A stretch of 64,000 nt of DNA from Geosiphon pyriformis uo1 (lineage: Eukaryota > Fungi > Glomeromycota). A program made the translations under genes and the position numbers. Location: contig JAAOMT010000570.1 in NCBI GenBank assembly GCA_016748015.1, forward strand, positions 4,043 to 68,042, read 5' to 3'. The first letter of the stretch is position 1. Each line of letters starts with the position of its first letter. Below, piece by piece: positions 27,243 to 40,140 of the stretch. The notes under the pieces were generated by a model that was given only the letters and a program-made list of their open reading frames with translations, was not told where the DNA came from and searched no databases.

Positions 27243-28523
27243 TTACTCCAGCTTTGGATACTTTGGAGATACTTCAACCAACTCATCTGAATCATCATCT
27301 GAAGATAACAGAACAAGGACTTCTCGATATCGTTTTCTTTTAGGGATACAGTGGATGAGAAGATTTTGATTATATTTGTTTTCAATGCTCTCAAGTTTAA
27401 TAATTGTACTTGCAGGCTCCACTTTGATATGCTTAATGTCATTAATAAAACTTGTGTCTTTCTCTTGCTTTGTTTGAGAAGCTTGTTGAAAACTCTTATG
27501 ATTCATATTTGGCTCTTTCTTAATGCTTAATTCTGTTTTTGGTTCCTTGTTAATAAATTCGACTTTCAGTTGCCTCTTGATGAGTGACTTGACTTGTGTC
27601 TTCAATTCCGAATTTTTAACTGTTTTATGACCTTTCTTGTTTAAAATGGATGAATGGATATCCAGATTCATCAAACTTTGCTCAATTAACCAGGATTGAG
27701 AGCGATAATGAATGTGAAGAACAGCTATCGGGTCTTTGTCACAATATTCGATATTAAAAATGTCCATATTTTCAGGTTCTTGAAGTGGCCTTTCGTCAAA
27801 ACTTGTTTTAATCTGGATTTCTCTATTCAAATTCTTTTCTTTAATCAAGATTTGCTCCAAGGGGATCCCAGACCTCTCAACAATCTTGGGTGTTATCATT
27901 TTCGCTCGATAAAAAGAAACACTCACTGTCCCTACATCGCCAATTTTCTGACTTGTATTGTGGGGTAAATTCTTTGCCCGAGAAGCAGCCAATTTAATCA
28001 TTGGTACAAATCGAAAGTAGCCAAACTTGTGAGGTGTTGAATTCCAAAATCCTTTGACTATGATAGGATTGGAATCCCTCAATAGGCCACTGGCATCATC
28101 ATTTCTACCATCCACATAAATTGTACAAATAAAAGGTACAAGATCGGTCGAATCGAGTGCCCAAACTTTTACTACAAAATTTTTCCCAGTTTCCAATATT
28201 GAAACATAGGTAGTTTTATTGCTAAGATAAAAGCGTTGAAATACCAAGATTTCAATTTCAGCTTTAATAAAGAATTTAGACCAAAAGATAATCAAACATT
28301 ACTTTTCATTTTTGATCCAAGTGGTAGAATAAATATAGGAAGGCCCAGTAGTCATCTGTAATGGGGAGGTAAAAAACAAAAGGGTTAATTAGTTTAAATC
28401 TAATTGTTGAGAGTTTTTCTAATCCACAACGAATACCTTTGCTCTATTACCAATGGGATCACTATACTCTGGGAGGACTTGATTATCAACCAATATTTCA
28501 AGACCAAAATCCTCTAATAACAT
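27243..28523 (-). CDS. Conserved fungal hypothetical protein (DUF7918-like); exons 28523-28437, 28355-28303, 28221-27243
   Basis: MLLEDFGLEILVDNQVLPEY...YVS...F.V....IYVDG...GFW...FRF...GTVSVSFYRA...PIAVLHIHYRS; GT-AG introns with consistent phases. Family name is from recall of the motif pattern. Confidence 0.75.
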
Positions 28524-30050
28524 TTTGCTATTTTTCCAAAAACACAGTTAGAGCAATTCCATACTTGAATGAGTAATCATAATAAAATTAAATCTGGAGC
28601 AAAAAATTATTCTATTTTATTTATTTCTGGCATTGATAAAAAGTGATTGATAACGGATTCTTATATTGTTCATTTGAATTTTATAATAAAAGCTTAGATA
28701 TAAATTTTCAGACACAATAAATATGATTTGAAATGATTCATCTTCAAATTTGAATCATGAAAACAATTAAGGAAAGTTCTAAAAATAATTTTCACTTTTT
28801 TTGTCTTAGTCACACTATGAAGAATTATTTTCGAAAAAAAAAGATTATTTTCAAGCAAAAAATTGTGTCTAGAGTTTCAAATAATTAAAGATTCTCTGTT
28901 GTATATTTAACATTAAAAGTAAAATACACATAACAGTGAGAATATTTTTTTGAATAATCAATTAAAATAAATAAATAAAAATTATAAATCTAGTTTAACG
29001 TGAATTATTTGTTGAAAGTAAATTCTATATTTGTATTTAATCAAATTAAGACATGATTAAGATTTTTGTTTTTTAAAATCAGAAAATTTTTTAATTATGT
29101 ATCATAATTAAATGAAGAATTTATTCTCTTTCAAGAATATATATTTTATTTGTTTGCTTTGTTTTTTTTTTCAAGTATTAAATTAATTTTGTTATAATTA
29201 ATTTTTTTTATTAATTATAATGTTAATATTATTAAAAAATGGCAATTGAAAATATTGCATCAATATTTTAAAATATTTTAAAAATATATATATCTAATAC
29301 AATATTAAAAATTCCAAGTAACATATTTTATTATTTAAAAAAATCTGTAATTTTTTTTATCAGAAAATTATTTTATAAACAAGAATTAATTATTATAAAA
29401 TATAATTTTTTAATAAAAATATTGTTTAATAAATAATTACAAAAAATTAAGCAACAGAAAAAAAACAATAAATATGTTTTAAAAATTAACTAAAATTTGA
29501 ATATTTAAACTTTTTATTGATAAATGAAAAATAATATATAATTTATTTATTGAAAAATATTAAAAAGTTATTATTATTATGTAACATAAAATGTATCATT
29601 TTTTAGCAAACTATTAATTTAAAATACAACATCTATTTTATAAAACAATAATTTAAAAAAACTCAAAACTAAATCTTCAATTGATTTTAGTATCAAGTAG
29701 CTAAAAACTTTATTTCCTAAAAAACTTAGCACTCTCTCGATAACTGGCTAGCACGTAAATTTTTAGTTTTAAAATTTATTACACAAAGGTTTTTATTTAC
29801 TTAAACCAGTAGCTTACAATAATTAATTTTATAAAAGACATTAAATGGTCATCGTATTTTATCAAATTAAACTTGAATATTCGAAAGTGGTGGCAGAGAA
29901 ATTCTCATTAAAAAAAAAAGAATAATATTAAGAATAATCTATGTTAGCTAAGTTAAAATTAATTGAAACTTTTTGCTAAATTCAACGTGATCGAGCTGTC
30001 CTGGTCAATTCCCCAATAATTTGTCGTCACCAATGGCTAGTGGTGAAATA

Positions 30051-30390
30051 TTAATTGCAACCGCAAGTTTCGTGTTCAGGACAACATGAGCTGATTAAAA
30101 AATTTAGCATAAAGTTACAATTATTGATTAGATTATTAGAACAGATCCCAAATTGAAACATTTAAAAACAAAAAACCTCCCTCCAAAAATAATACTCACT
30201 CATTATTTGTAAGAGTTTTTGAATTGCAAGAACACATTGTACCACAAGCACAACTTTCGCCACATTGGCAATTGCATGTTGTTGACGTGTTCTTAATAGC
30301 TTCAATTACAATCTCACATTTTGAAATACATGAACAAGCTAGACCACACAAACAATTGTCGCCACACTGGCATGAACATTTTGAAGACAT
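30051..30390 (-). CDS. Metallothionein MT-B (76 aa, 19 Cys); exons 30390-30200 and 30090-30051
   Basis: MSSKCSCQCGDNCLCGLACSCISKCEIVIEAIKNTSTTCNCQCGESCACGTMCSCNSKTLTNND|SCCPEHETCGCN*; phase-2 intron gtgagt...tcag. Confidence 0.92.
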
Positions 30391-31793
30391 TTTGAAGGAT
30401 TAGAGTAAGAAGTGTAAAATGTTTGGATAGGTAGGAAAAAAATTAAGGGTCAATGATTCAGAATCAAGATATTTAAGTGAATTAAATTGAATTTTTAATG
30501 TGGTTTTTCAATTTGAAAGTGAAAAAGTAGAGGGCTTTTTTATAGAAGATGTCAACCAAATTTTGCAAAAACTCATTCATCAATTATTACGAAAAATTCC
30601 CATGAATTAATTTGTCACCAACCTCAATTGAATACAATTGCCTTACATGTGGTAGTAGCGTGACATCAAGGCAAGTGCAACATGAAAAAAGGAGAATTGT
30701 TTTATCACTTGCTTATGTTGATCAAAAGAAACTCCCAATGAGTGAATTTTGCCATGCGTTGGCAATCTAATTCGATGATCGTTGCTTGCGCTATTTTTGC
30801 TGTAACTATCTTATTGAAAGTACAAAACAATAAAAGTTGGGATTTTATGAGGTGATTTTGCCTGTATCAAACATTAATTTATTAGATTTACCCAGGGTTT
30901 ATGTGAAAGTTCGCAGAAATGTCTCAGAAATTAATACGTGTAATATTGATCTTGATTCCAAATAATTCAAACAGCTGGGTCCCGATTATCAACACGAGAC
31001 AAAGCAATTGGAACAAAGGAAATACAAATTCATTTTTATATCAAAAATAATAACATATGAACAGACTTGAGAAAAATTAAAAGGTTTCATTATTTCAACA
31101 TCTATCAAGAAAACAAATGGAGATTGTTTATTCAATATAATGATATATCACTAAATAATTATTCAGTTAAATATGAAACTTTAACTTTATTTTTTTTTTA
31201 AAAAAACCCCTCTCCCCAATAATTTTATCCTGACTAAAAATTAAAACTGTCATATTTCAATTAGATCTTAATCATACTGAATGAGATGCTTCTTAATCTT
31301 CCACCAACGTATGATTCTCAATATGAACTTTTTAGGTATCATGGTTTACAATTAGTTAAAGAATTAACTAAGTTTATTGCTTACAAATTATTCTTTGACA
31401 TTAAAACTTGCTAGTAGAAGATTCTTCAACGTTCCTCCTGACAATTAATAAACAAACACTGAAAGGACCTTTGTCATCTCATTCCCTTTTACAAGCGATT
31501 GTCATACCATTATCTACATCTAAGGCAGTTATCCTACTATCAATTGAATTCATTGGTGGGAGGCTATTTTCTCCTCATTATTCGAATACCATATTTAATT
31601 ATTAAAATTACAAATGAAAAAGAAAAAAAATTAGTAATGCTAAGGACTAGTCATTTTCAATTCTTTATAAAAGCTCTGTTATTCGTCACTTAAAAGATGT
31701 TTTCATGAGTTAAATATTTTTCCTCAAAATTTCCCAATAAAACTATTATCAACACCATCACCTTTAACCTTTAAAAATAGTCCAATTCCAAAA

Positions 31794-32037
31794 ATGTCTT
31801 CTTCCAACTGTACCTGTTCATGCCAATGCAAAGAAACTACCTTTACTTGTGATTCCACCACAAATTGCTCAAATCTTTTAGAAAATACTACCGATAAAAC
31901 TTGTAAATTGCAATGTGGTAAAAATTGCGTTTGCGTAATCAAGTGCTCTTGCGTTTGTGATTCATCTACTGCTAATGATAATACCCTCGAAAAGAAAGAG
32001 TGAGTATTATATAAAAGATTTGGGATTTGGGATTGAA

Positions 32038-32076
<39 letters not shown>

Positions 32077-32178
32077 GAAAGGATCGTAATTTAATCTCTT
32101 GTAAATAATATTAATTTTCTCTAAATTCAATTGACTAGCCCATGTTGCCCTGAACATGAAACTTGTGGTTGCAAGTAA
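31794..32178 (+). CDS. Metallothionein MT-C (81 aa, 17 Cys); exons 31794-31999 and 32139-32178
   Basis: MSSSNCTCSCQCKETTFTCDSTTNCSNLLENTTDKTCKLQCGKNCVCVIKCSCVCDSSTANDNTLEKKD|PCCPEHETCGCK*; phase-2 intron gtgagt...ctag; 40-nt exon 2 homologous to that of MT-B. Confidence 0.92.
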
Positions 32179-32769
32179 TTTTTCATTGGTCAGTCCGAAT
32201 GGGAATAACTCTACGAAGCATCAATCAGGAAATTTGAGAGAGTAGTTTGTCTTGCATAAGGCTTGAGCAAAGGATTTCTTTATCTTGCTCATTTGGAATC
32301 TCAAATTAGAATTTACTATAAATATTTTATGCCTAGTTCACTCACTTCTTTTCTAGTGAATCGTTTTTAATTATTTTACTATGTTTTGAATAGTTATTAT
32401 TAGTAGTTTCAGTTTTCATTTAATAAACAACCTGAATCCTCATCTATGAGAATTTATTAATATGCTTTATTTGAGATTTTGTTTGATCTTTATGATCTTC
32501 AAAATCTAGTGCTTGATTAAAGAGGGACATTCAAGACACATAAGCAAAATTAAGTTTTAAAAACCTCATTGTAAAATACCGCGTTTTTAAAGAAAGGGGT
32601 TTTTAAAGAATGTTGGAACAATTAAAAAATATACCGTCTTTACATTATACTAATCAAGATGCCTTAATGTATCGCTCTATAATTTTAATTGTAAAAACAA
32701 CTTTTTTTTGGCTACTTAATAAAATAAATGAAAGAATTGAGGTAAGAATCTTAAGATTCACATAGAATT

Positions 32770-33830
32770 CCAAAATTAATAAAATAAATTTATTATATCT
32801 TTAATCTTTTTAAATAAAGAATATAAAAATTGAATTATTCAAACCAATGATCAATAATTAATAAATAAATAAAATAAAGTATATATAATTTTTAAATAAA
32901 ATTAAAATAATATATTTTTTATTTAAATAGTTTAAAAAAATATCAAATTAATAATAAATAGCTTAAAAAAAATATATTTTTCAATATATATTATTTGGCT
33001 TCTAAATTTCTTAAGTTAAGTTATAGATTTTGTACTTTATAAATTAATAATGATAAAAAATTTATAGTTTAATAAAATAAAAAATTAAATTTCATATTTA
33101 TGTAATAAATAATTGAATATTTTACTCTTTAATATTAAAATATTATTATTTAATCAACCTATTTTATTTTATTTAATTTTATTTTATTTTATATGTTTAT
33201 TTTTTTTTATTTTGTTATATTGTTAAATGTTTAATTAATTAATTTTAAAAATTATAATAAAATTAAATATTAAATATTTTATAGTTTAATTAAAAAAATT
33301 TAATTTAAAAAACAAATAATTATAATTATAATTAAATTTAATATATTATATTTAAAAATATATATATATATATATATTATTAATATTAATATTTTTAAAA
33401 AATTATAATTTTATAATTATTTTTATAAATTTTTAATAATCCAATTTTAATATTTTTTAATATAAATTATATATTTTATTTTATAGATTTAATTTTAATT
33501 TTGTATTTAAATTTAAATTATAAATATTATTTATTTATACATTAAAATATTTATATTATTATTAATTTAAAACTTATTATTATTAAAAATTAAAATTTTA
33601 GATTTTTTAATCTTTTGTTTTCTTATTTTTAAAAAATAAAAATTATGATAGTATTTTTATAAACAATTAATTATTGGGTTTTATATATTATTTTATGAAA
33701 ATTATATATAAATTAAAAAAAAATTCTTTTGTATTATTTAATTTCTTTTATATATTTAAATTTTTTTTAAAAATATTATATTGTATATTAAGCTTTTTAA
33801 AAACTATTTATTTATAATAAAATTATTATT
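32770..33830. other. Extremely AT-rich island, probably a fully eroded repeat (similar islands at ~28950-29700 and ~46980-48000)
   Basis: Abrupt loss of nearly all G/C relative to the flanks; no ORF or recognisable motif. Confidence 0.55.
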
Positions 33831-34903
33831 CATTTCAGACTCCAATATTGAAAAAAAAAATGTTATTATATTTTTAACAGGAAAAAGTTCAAAAACACAA
33901 AAGGCCATACTAATCAAGAATTATTGTTAATAAGCCTAATTTTTCATTAAAAAATAAATTACTATTTTTATTAAATTTATTTATTTATCACATGTCACAT
34001 GTTAATACTTTTTTAAGAATTTGTTGGTTGCATATCGCAACAATCAGACTATCTTGTACTCTTTTCATTCTCTTGCGTTCTGTTACCGACCTACATATTC
34101 TGATTCTGATAGTGACTATCATGTAGCCGCTTTTAAAATGTCAAGTTACAATTCTTTCCTGTGAAATTGAACATTTTTTTTGTAACCGAGGTTATTATGC
34201 TATATCATTTCTAACTATGATGAATGGAAAATCACAGGTTCAACCGAGAAGGCGTTTACACAAAGATGATCTCGGTGTCTTGTAGTGAAAAACATATTGA
34301 TAACTGTGCAAATAATGGAAAGCAGCTCGGCATAATGTATATCATGGAGCCTTAAGGTTAATGGAACCCTGGAAAGAAAGATCGAGTAAATTGAATCAAG
34401 TGGAGAGGAAAGAAGTAGTGGAACGCTTTTGTGCAAAAAAAAGAGTTAGATTTATCGAAGAGCACCAAAACAAAGGCAAAAGTTCTATGAATCACCGTCT
34501 TCAGAAGAGATTATTCGATTTATCCACATTCGCCTAGCTTTCATTGTATTTCTTTAGGAATTTTCACTGTAGTTGCTGATACCATTTTGAACCCGTTTAA
34601 TTTTGCACCATCAACATTTTTGGACCCTTCGGCTTTACTATATTTATGTTCCCTTAGCAAAAGTAACTTTTTTGAAAGCTACAATCGCAATGAATTTAGA
34701 GAAAATATTCTTAATTAAAGCTATAAGATGTCCTAAAATTCAATTTTAGACACGGTGATTCAATTCTAGTTCAATTTCAAAGAATAAAATATTCTTTATT
34801 GATAAGAGAAACAACTTTACTTGTTTATTATCACAGCAATGTTTCCAACTTTAGAGTAATAAAAAATTTGACTTCAATTCTACAAATTCCTACTACTTTT
34901 TGG

Positions 34904-35807
34904 TCACCTTGGGATAATCTCAAAAATTCTATTGCGTCGTTTATCTAAATGGTCTGGTGTCAACATCTTCCATTTATGATAATTCCGATGCAATTTAAAT
35001 AATGGCGAATCTTGATAATGTTCCTTAATAGCCAATAGAGTACGGGAGGGCAAGCATTCCTTAACTTTTTCCCAATTTTCACCATATTTTCTGACTGCTA
35101 CCAACAATTCTCGATTTTCTTCATCGGTCCATTTACCAAACTTCCCTCCTGGGATCAAGAAATTGTTGAAACGATTGTAGACTTCTGGTAGGGGTCGTCT
35201 AAGAATATCGGCGAATTCTTTCCATTTGCCTCGTTTTTCTGCCACAAGTTTTATGAGACGTTGATCCTCTTCTTTTGTCCATGGGGGAGTTTTTTCTCTG
35301 GATATCACATGGTAATAATAATGAGCTATTCCTGGCTTGGTCTTATCTTTAGCGAATGCACCTCTCTTGATGATTTCATTCCAATGACCGACACCATATT
35401 TTTCTACTCCTTGCCTGAGAGCTTGCTCCTCCACTTTCGTCCAGGGGCCGAAAATATCACGACCATCTTTAGGATATCTTCCCTCACTAAAGGGTGGTAG
35501 GGTCTCTGATTTCGCCTTTTCTTTTGAGGATTTCTTCTTTTCTAAAGAAATTGGCATGATGTAATTAGATCTCTGGATATTTCTAAAAATTTTTGGGGGT
35601 GATGATTTTTCCAAAAATACCTGTCTTGGGTGTAAATGACCATTTTCGCGTTTTAAAAGAAAGAAATCTAAAATTCTTTAAATTTTTGAAATTCAAAGTA
35701 ACTGGTCGAAAGTTATTCACATAGATACTAGTAGTGAATATTTCTTTCGTAGATCCTACTAGTAACTGGCTTTTGGTGGGTATCTTGAGAAACTTGGATA
35801 AAAACAT
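34904..35807 (-). CDS. Myb/SANT-repeat protein (3 repeats) with a basic N-terminal extension; exons 35807-35621 and 35541-34904
   Basis: WTKVEEQALRQGVEKYGVGHW, WTKEEDQRLIKLVAEKRGKW and WTDEENRELLVAVRKYGENW. A 79-nt intron (gtattt...ctaat...ctttag) joins the two track ORFs in phase 1. Confidence 0.85.
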
Positions 35808-37781
35808 TTCTACTCATAACACTAAAGATTTTGGGATAAAGCTTTTTGACCATGATGATATGAAGCAAACAAGATTGCGTACTAGTTTTGAAATATGAGA
35901 ATTACCCATCGATTTCCCCTCGCGATGAAAAAAAAAGAGATAATCACAATGTTATACAAATCAAAAGCCTAGTCTCCAAACCAACTTATGCATGTCTCAA
36001 CAAACAGAGCGACAAGCTGCCATCCAGAGCGTACCTGATTTGGCACGTGAGGGACTCGGGTGTTTGCATATTATTGATATATTTTGATTTTTTAAATTTG
36101 TAATATAATTTTTTTATATTGTATCATATTTTAATAAGGGATCACTTTTGTATTGTTAAATAATCATTAAATTGTTATAAAATAAATAAATAATTATTTT
36201 TTTTTACAAAATGATATTAAATGAGAAGAGCGGGGGTTTTTTCGATCTTTGAAATGTAAATAAGTTTGTCAAAGAGATTTTTCGTTTCGAATACCGAGCT
36301 CAAAATTTTTTTGACATTTGGATATAAATTTATAGAAAAAAAATGCAAATTATTCGTCAATTGAAAAAATCCATCAAATCATATCATTTAGTACATTTAT
36401 TACATTTATTACAGCTGAGATTACCATTTTTTAAGAGATTGCTATTAAAAAAAGAGTAATAAAGATTTTGTAATGTGATATTTTTAAAATCTCTTTCAAG
36501 TCAATAATTTAAATAGTTTAAATAGTTTTTCACATTGTCTAATAAAACAATAAAGGAAATTTTAGGGTTTTTTTTCTATAAATGGAACAATTCTGAGAAA
36601 CATTTATCACCATGATTTTTTTGAGCGATATTGCTTTTTCATTTAGTATTTTTTTCCCTGGCTTTTTTAATATAACACAAAAGATAATCACCGCCATTTA
36701 GGAATTAAAAAAAAAAGAATATTTTTTTAGATTTTCCCAAACATTGGGGTAGATCAGCATTAACCAATAACTTTTGTTGGGTATCATTTAGTGATTGATT
36801 GATTGATGGATGATAAAGTCAAAACGAGAATTTTATCCAAAAAACAAATTTCATCGTTCTAAATGAAAAAAGATTTTATAAAAGTAATAAAGTCATTATC
36901 GGCTGTATTTACTTCTTTATTTTTTTTTTCATTGGAAAAGAAATTTAAATAATAAACATTTTGATACGGCTATTCAAAAAATTTCAGTGAATTTACCTAG
37001 GAGTAAAAAAATACTCTACCCATCCAAATAAAAAAGAGTTATAGGCTTACTAAAGCAAGTTTGATACAAGGAAGGGTCTAGAAAGACTTGGGAACATTTT
37101 GCGCGATTTTTGCCATTTAATTGATGGATTTACAATATACTAATTAGTAAAATTCAATGAAAAATTTAATTTAACAAACATTGAAAGTTCAAGCAATGGG
37201 AATCATCCTTGTTAATTTGATTAAAAAGTTTTGCTTATCAATCATTGTTATTAAAAAGCTTTCAATCATTGATGGGCAAAAATTCCTCAAACAAGGTTTT
37301 TAACAAATATCGTAATGATAAGGGAAAATCCCGAAAATTTAAAAAAAATATATATATTTATTTATTTATCTAAATTGGGTACTCGCATTCTTACGGCGAA
37401 AATGACGCATTTGTTATGTCATATTTGGTAAGTATTTTATGGAATGATCTAAATAAAATTATTCCCGTGTAGAGTATTATGCTATTGGGTATTGTCGTGG
37501 GGATGATTGATCTCCATTTAACATTTAATCCCTCCCCGTGAAATCATTTAAACGTTATCATGGCGAAATTCGCGCAAATTCTCGATGCATACGAAAAAGG
37601 TTAATCGTATACTTGATAGCTTGTGAATTTTGTATAAATATGCAACTCTCCTGACACCTATTAAAAACTTCAATATTCCCCACAATATATAACACATTTT
37701 CATAATCAGAAAACGTTTTGCTAGAAATTCTAAATTCACACTTTCATAAAAAGTTTTAATCAAAAAACATAACTCAAAAAA

Positions 37782-38083
37782 ATGTCTTCAACTACTAAAA
37801 ATATGAACGAAACCTCTTGTCCCTGCACGGGTGCTGATACCTGTGAATGTGTTTCAAATTGCTCTTGTACGGCTAATTCAAATCAATCAGTTAGTCGAGG
37901 TGCTCAATCAAAGAATCATGGGTAATTAATTAAAAGTGTTCATTTTTTACGAGTTTTTCCTTTGTCAAACCATGATTTTAATCAGAACACATACTCCTCA
38001 AAATAAATAGCTGTACATGTGGTGAAAGCTGTACTTGTGCTGCCAAATCTGATGGTTCAGGATGTAATTGTGGATCAAATTAA
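37782..38083 (+). CDS. Metallothionein MT-D (70 aa, 12 Cys in 6+6 CxC layout); exons 37782-37921 and 38011-38083
   Basis: MSSTTKNMNETSCPCTGADTCECVSNCSCTANSNQSVSRGAQSKNHG|CTCGESCTCAAKSDGSGCNCGSN*; phase-2 intron gtaatt...aatag. Not in the ORF track. Confidence 0.92.
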
Positions 38084-39815
38084 TTTATACTCCAAATGGA
38101 ATTATTTGTGAAAGAGGGAGGATAGTTAATAATTAGGTTTAATGATAATATCATAACAGTAATTTTTATATATTAACCTTCATAATTCTATTGTCATACA
38201 ATACAGAATTACTTTTTTCGTAGTTTTTAATCAAAATACCAAAATATTTTTAGTTAGTTTTAATCATAATTTCGTTTTAATCATAATTTCGTTTAAATTG
38301 ATTCTTGTATCAAAGAATCATTTTTAAATTCATTTGGAATCTAACGAGCTTATGCTTGAATTAAATTTTTCTTTACAAATAAATTATATTCAACTTGTTT
38401 AAAATTTAAATATATTATAATGGAAAATAAAGTTAATGGAAAATCAAACAAATATTTTGATTATTGATTACAAATAATTTGTTAATTATACAAAAATAAT
38501 TATATTGCTCTAATCAAAAATTAATAATTTACATTATTTAGGTTATATATATGTACATGATTAATTAATAATTTTATATATAACTGTTTTAATTTATTTC
38601 TTTTGTTTAAATAATATCAATATTTATAATAAAAATTTCTTCATTATGACTCATAAAGAGTTTATTAAGTAAAAGTTTTTGCTATTTCACTTTTGAATTG
38701 GAAATTTTCCAAAATTAAAATCTTTATATCAACAAAATTTTTAGAAATCAATAGATCTCGAAGTTTTTAACGTTCTCTTGAATGTTAAATAGTTTTGTGA
38801 AAGATTGCGCATGTCTTTGTGGTACTTGTTTGAATTAAAATTTAATTTTTACTGCAGACACTTGTTTTTTTATATGAATTTTGCCGCTCATAGTATTTTT
38901 CTGTTGAACGAAAACTCATGAGGCGTCTTTTTGAAAGAATTTTCTTGTTTCAAGGCTTAAACAGGAGAGTTGGTAATTTTTTTAACTTAAAAAACTGGTA
39001 AGGCGTTTCAAAATTATGCATTTGTCATTAAACTATTTATTAGCTTTCATAAATAATGCAGCTTCTCATGTTTACAACGCCTGACGAAACTTAAAATGAA
39101 TGAAAATAGTGGTAAAATCCATTATTTTCTCCTCGTCCTACCTTATGATGGAAAAGTGTTAACCCATTCTCCGTTGTCCAAAAAGTGATTTCTAATAATT
39201 GATTCTTTAAATAAAATACTAGTGAAGGGCTATCTTAAGAATTCAATTTAATTTATCCAAACTAGCCGTTACCGATTTTTGAAAAAGACCATAAAATTCA
39301 AAGTCTCAAGGATCTTTGTGTATTCTCTTTTCTCAAATAATTGATACTATTATTCTTTTTCTTGGTTGCTCATCAAATCTTTTTTTTTTTTTTTTGAATT
39401 ACATCTGTAGGAATTAACAAAGTTATAGGCTACCAGTAAATTCCCAAAATCTCATATGAAAAAATCTTGTGATAAAACATCCGCCTACATTCTCGTACCA
39501 CTGCAAATTTAATTTTTAAGGATTGGCGCAATAATGATTTTCGTGTCAGAGTTCACCACATACCTAGAATAGGGGCGTAAATACCTCATTCTCGTTGGTG
39601 TCACTGTTTTACAAGTGGTACTACTACAGGGATTTTAATTAATCGACACTTTTGGAGAGAAATCTAGTAAAAAAGAAATTGAGGTAATGAATGAAAATTT
39701 TTGTATAAATTGACGAGTTTCTGTTGTAAAGGTCAAATCATTGAATAATCAATAATCAATAATATTATAATTCCTATTTCTTTTGTCGTAAAATCTATCC
39801 AATAATTACTTAAAA

Positions 39816-40140
39816 ATGTCTTCAACCTGTGGATGCGGTCAGTGTGGTGATAACTGCCAATGTGGATTTACCTGTCAATGTATCTCGAAAACTGAAACCG
39901 TGGAACAAGTCATCCCGGTCACTCAATCAGTAACTATTGTAGAAACTAATAATAATGATCAAGAAACTTCGACTAATGATCATGGGTGTGTATAATTTTG
40001 TGATTTTTTATTTGAACATTTTTTGATAAAATTTAAAAATTTACAAAGTTCTAATTGTTTTTATAATACTTATTAGATGTGTTTGCGGCTCCTCATGTGC
40101 ATGTGCTGCCTTCGGTGGATGTCAATGTGGTTCTAATTAA
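39816..40140 (+). CDS. Metallothionein MT-E (77 aa, 13 Cys); exons 39816-39985 and 40077-40140
   Basis: MSSTCGCGQCGDNCQCGFTCQCISKTETVEQVIPVTQSVTIVETNNNDQETSTNDHG|CVCGSSCACAAFGGCQCGSN*; phase-2 intron gtgtgt...ttag. Not in the ORF track. Confidence 0.92.

Noticed and set aside
25661-30803. Ace1/Amt1-type HTHNNGCTGD matches near MT promoters (25661-25670 minus strand; 30794-30803)
   Set aside because: The motif is short and degenerate, expected by chance in AT-rich DNA, and I did not find it upstream of MT-D/E. No TGCRCNC MRE was noticed either
31724-31942. Antisense and alternative-frame ORFs over MT-C, Myb, DUF7918-like, RRG9, LINE and Gypsy sequences
   Set aside because: They are shadows of real coding frames
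34215-34436. 73-aa minus-strand ORF and nearby coding-like sequence
   Set aside because: Non-ATG start, no motif, no consistent exon structure found
35583-35614. Programmed frameshift or pseudogene explanation for the two overlapping Myb ORFs
   Set aside because: A 79-nt GT-AG intron with a CTAAT branch point joins them in frame
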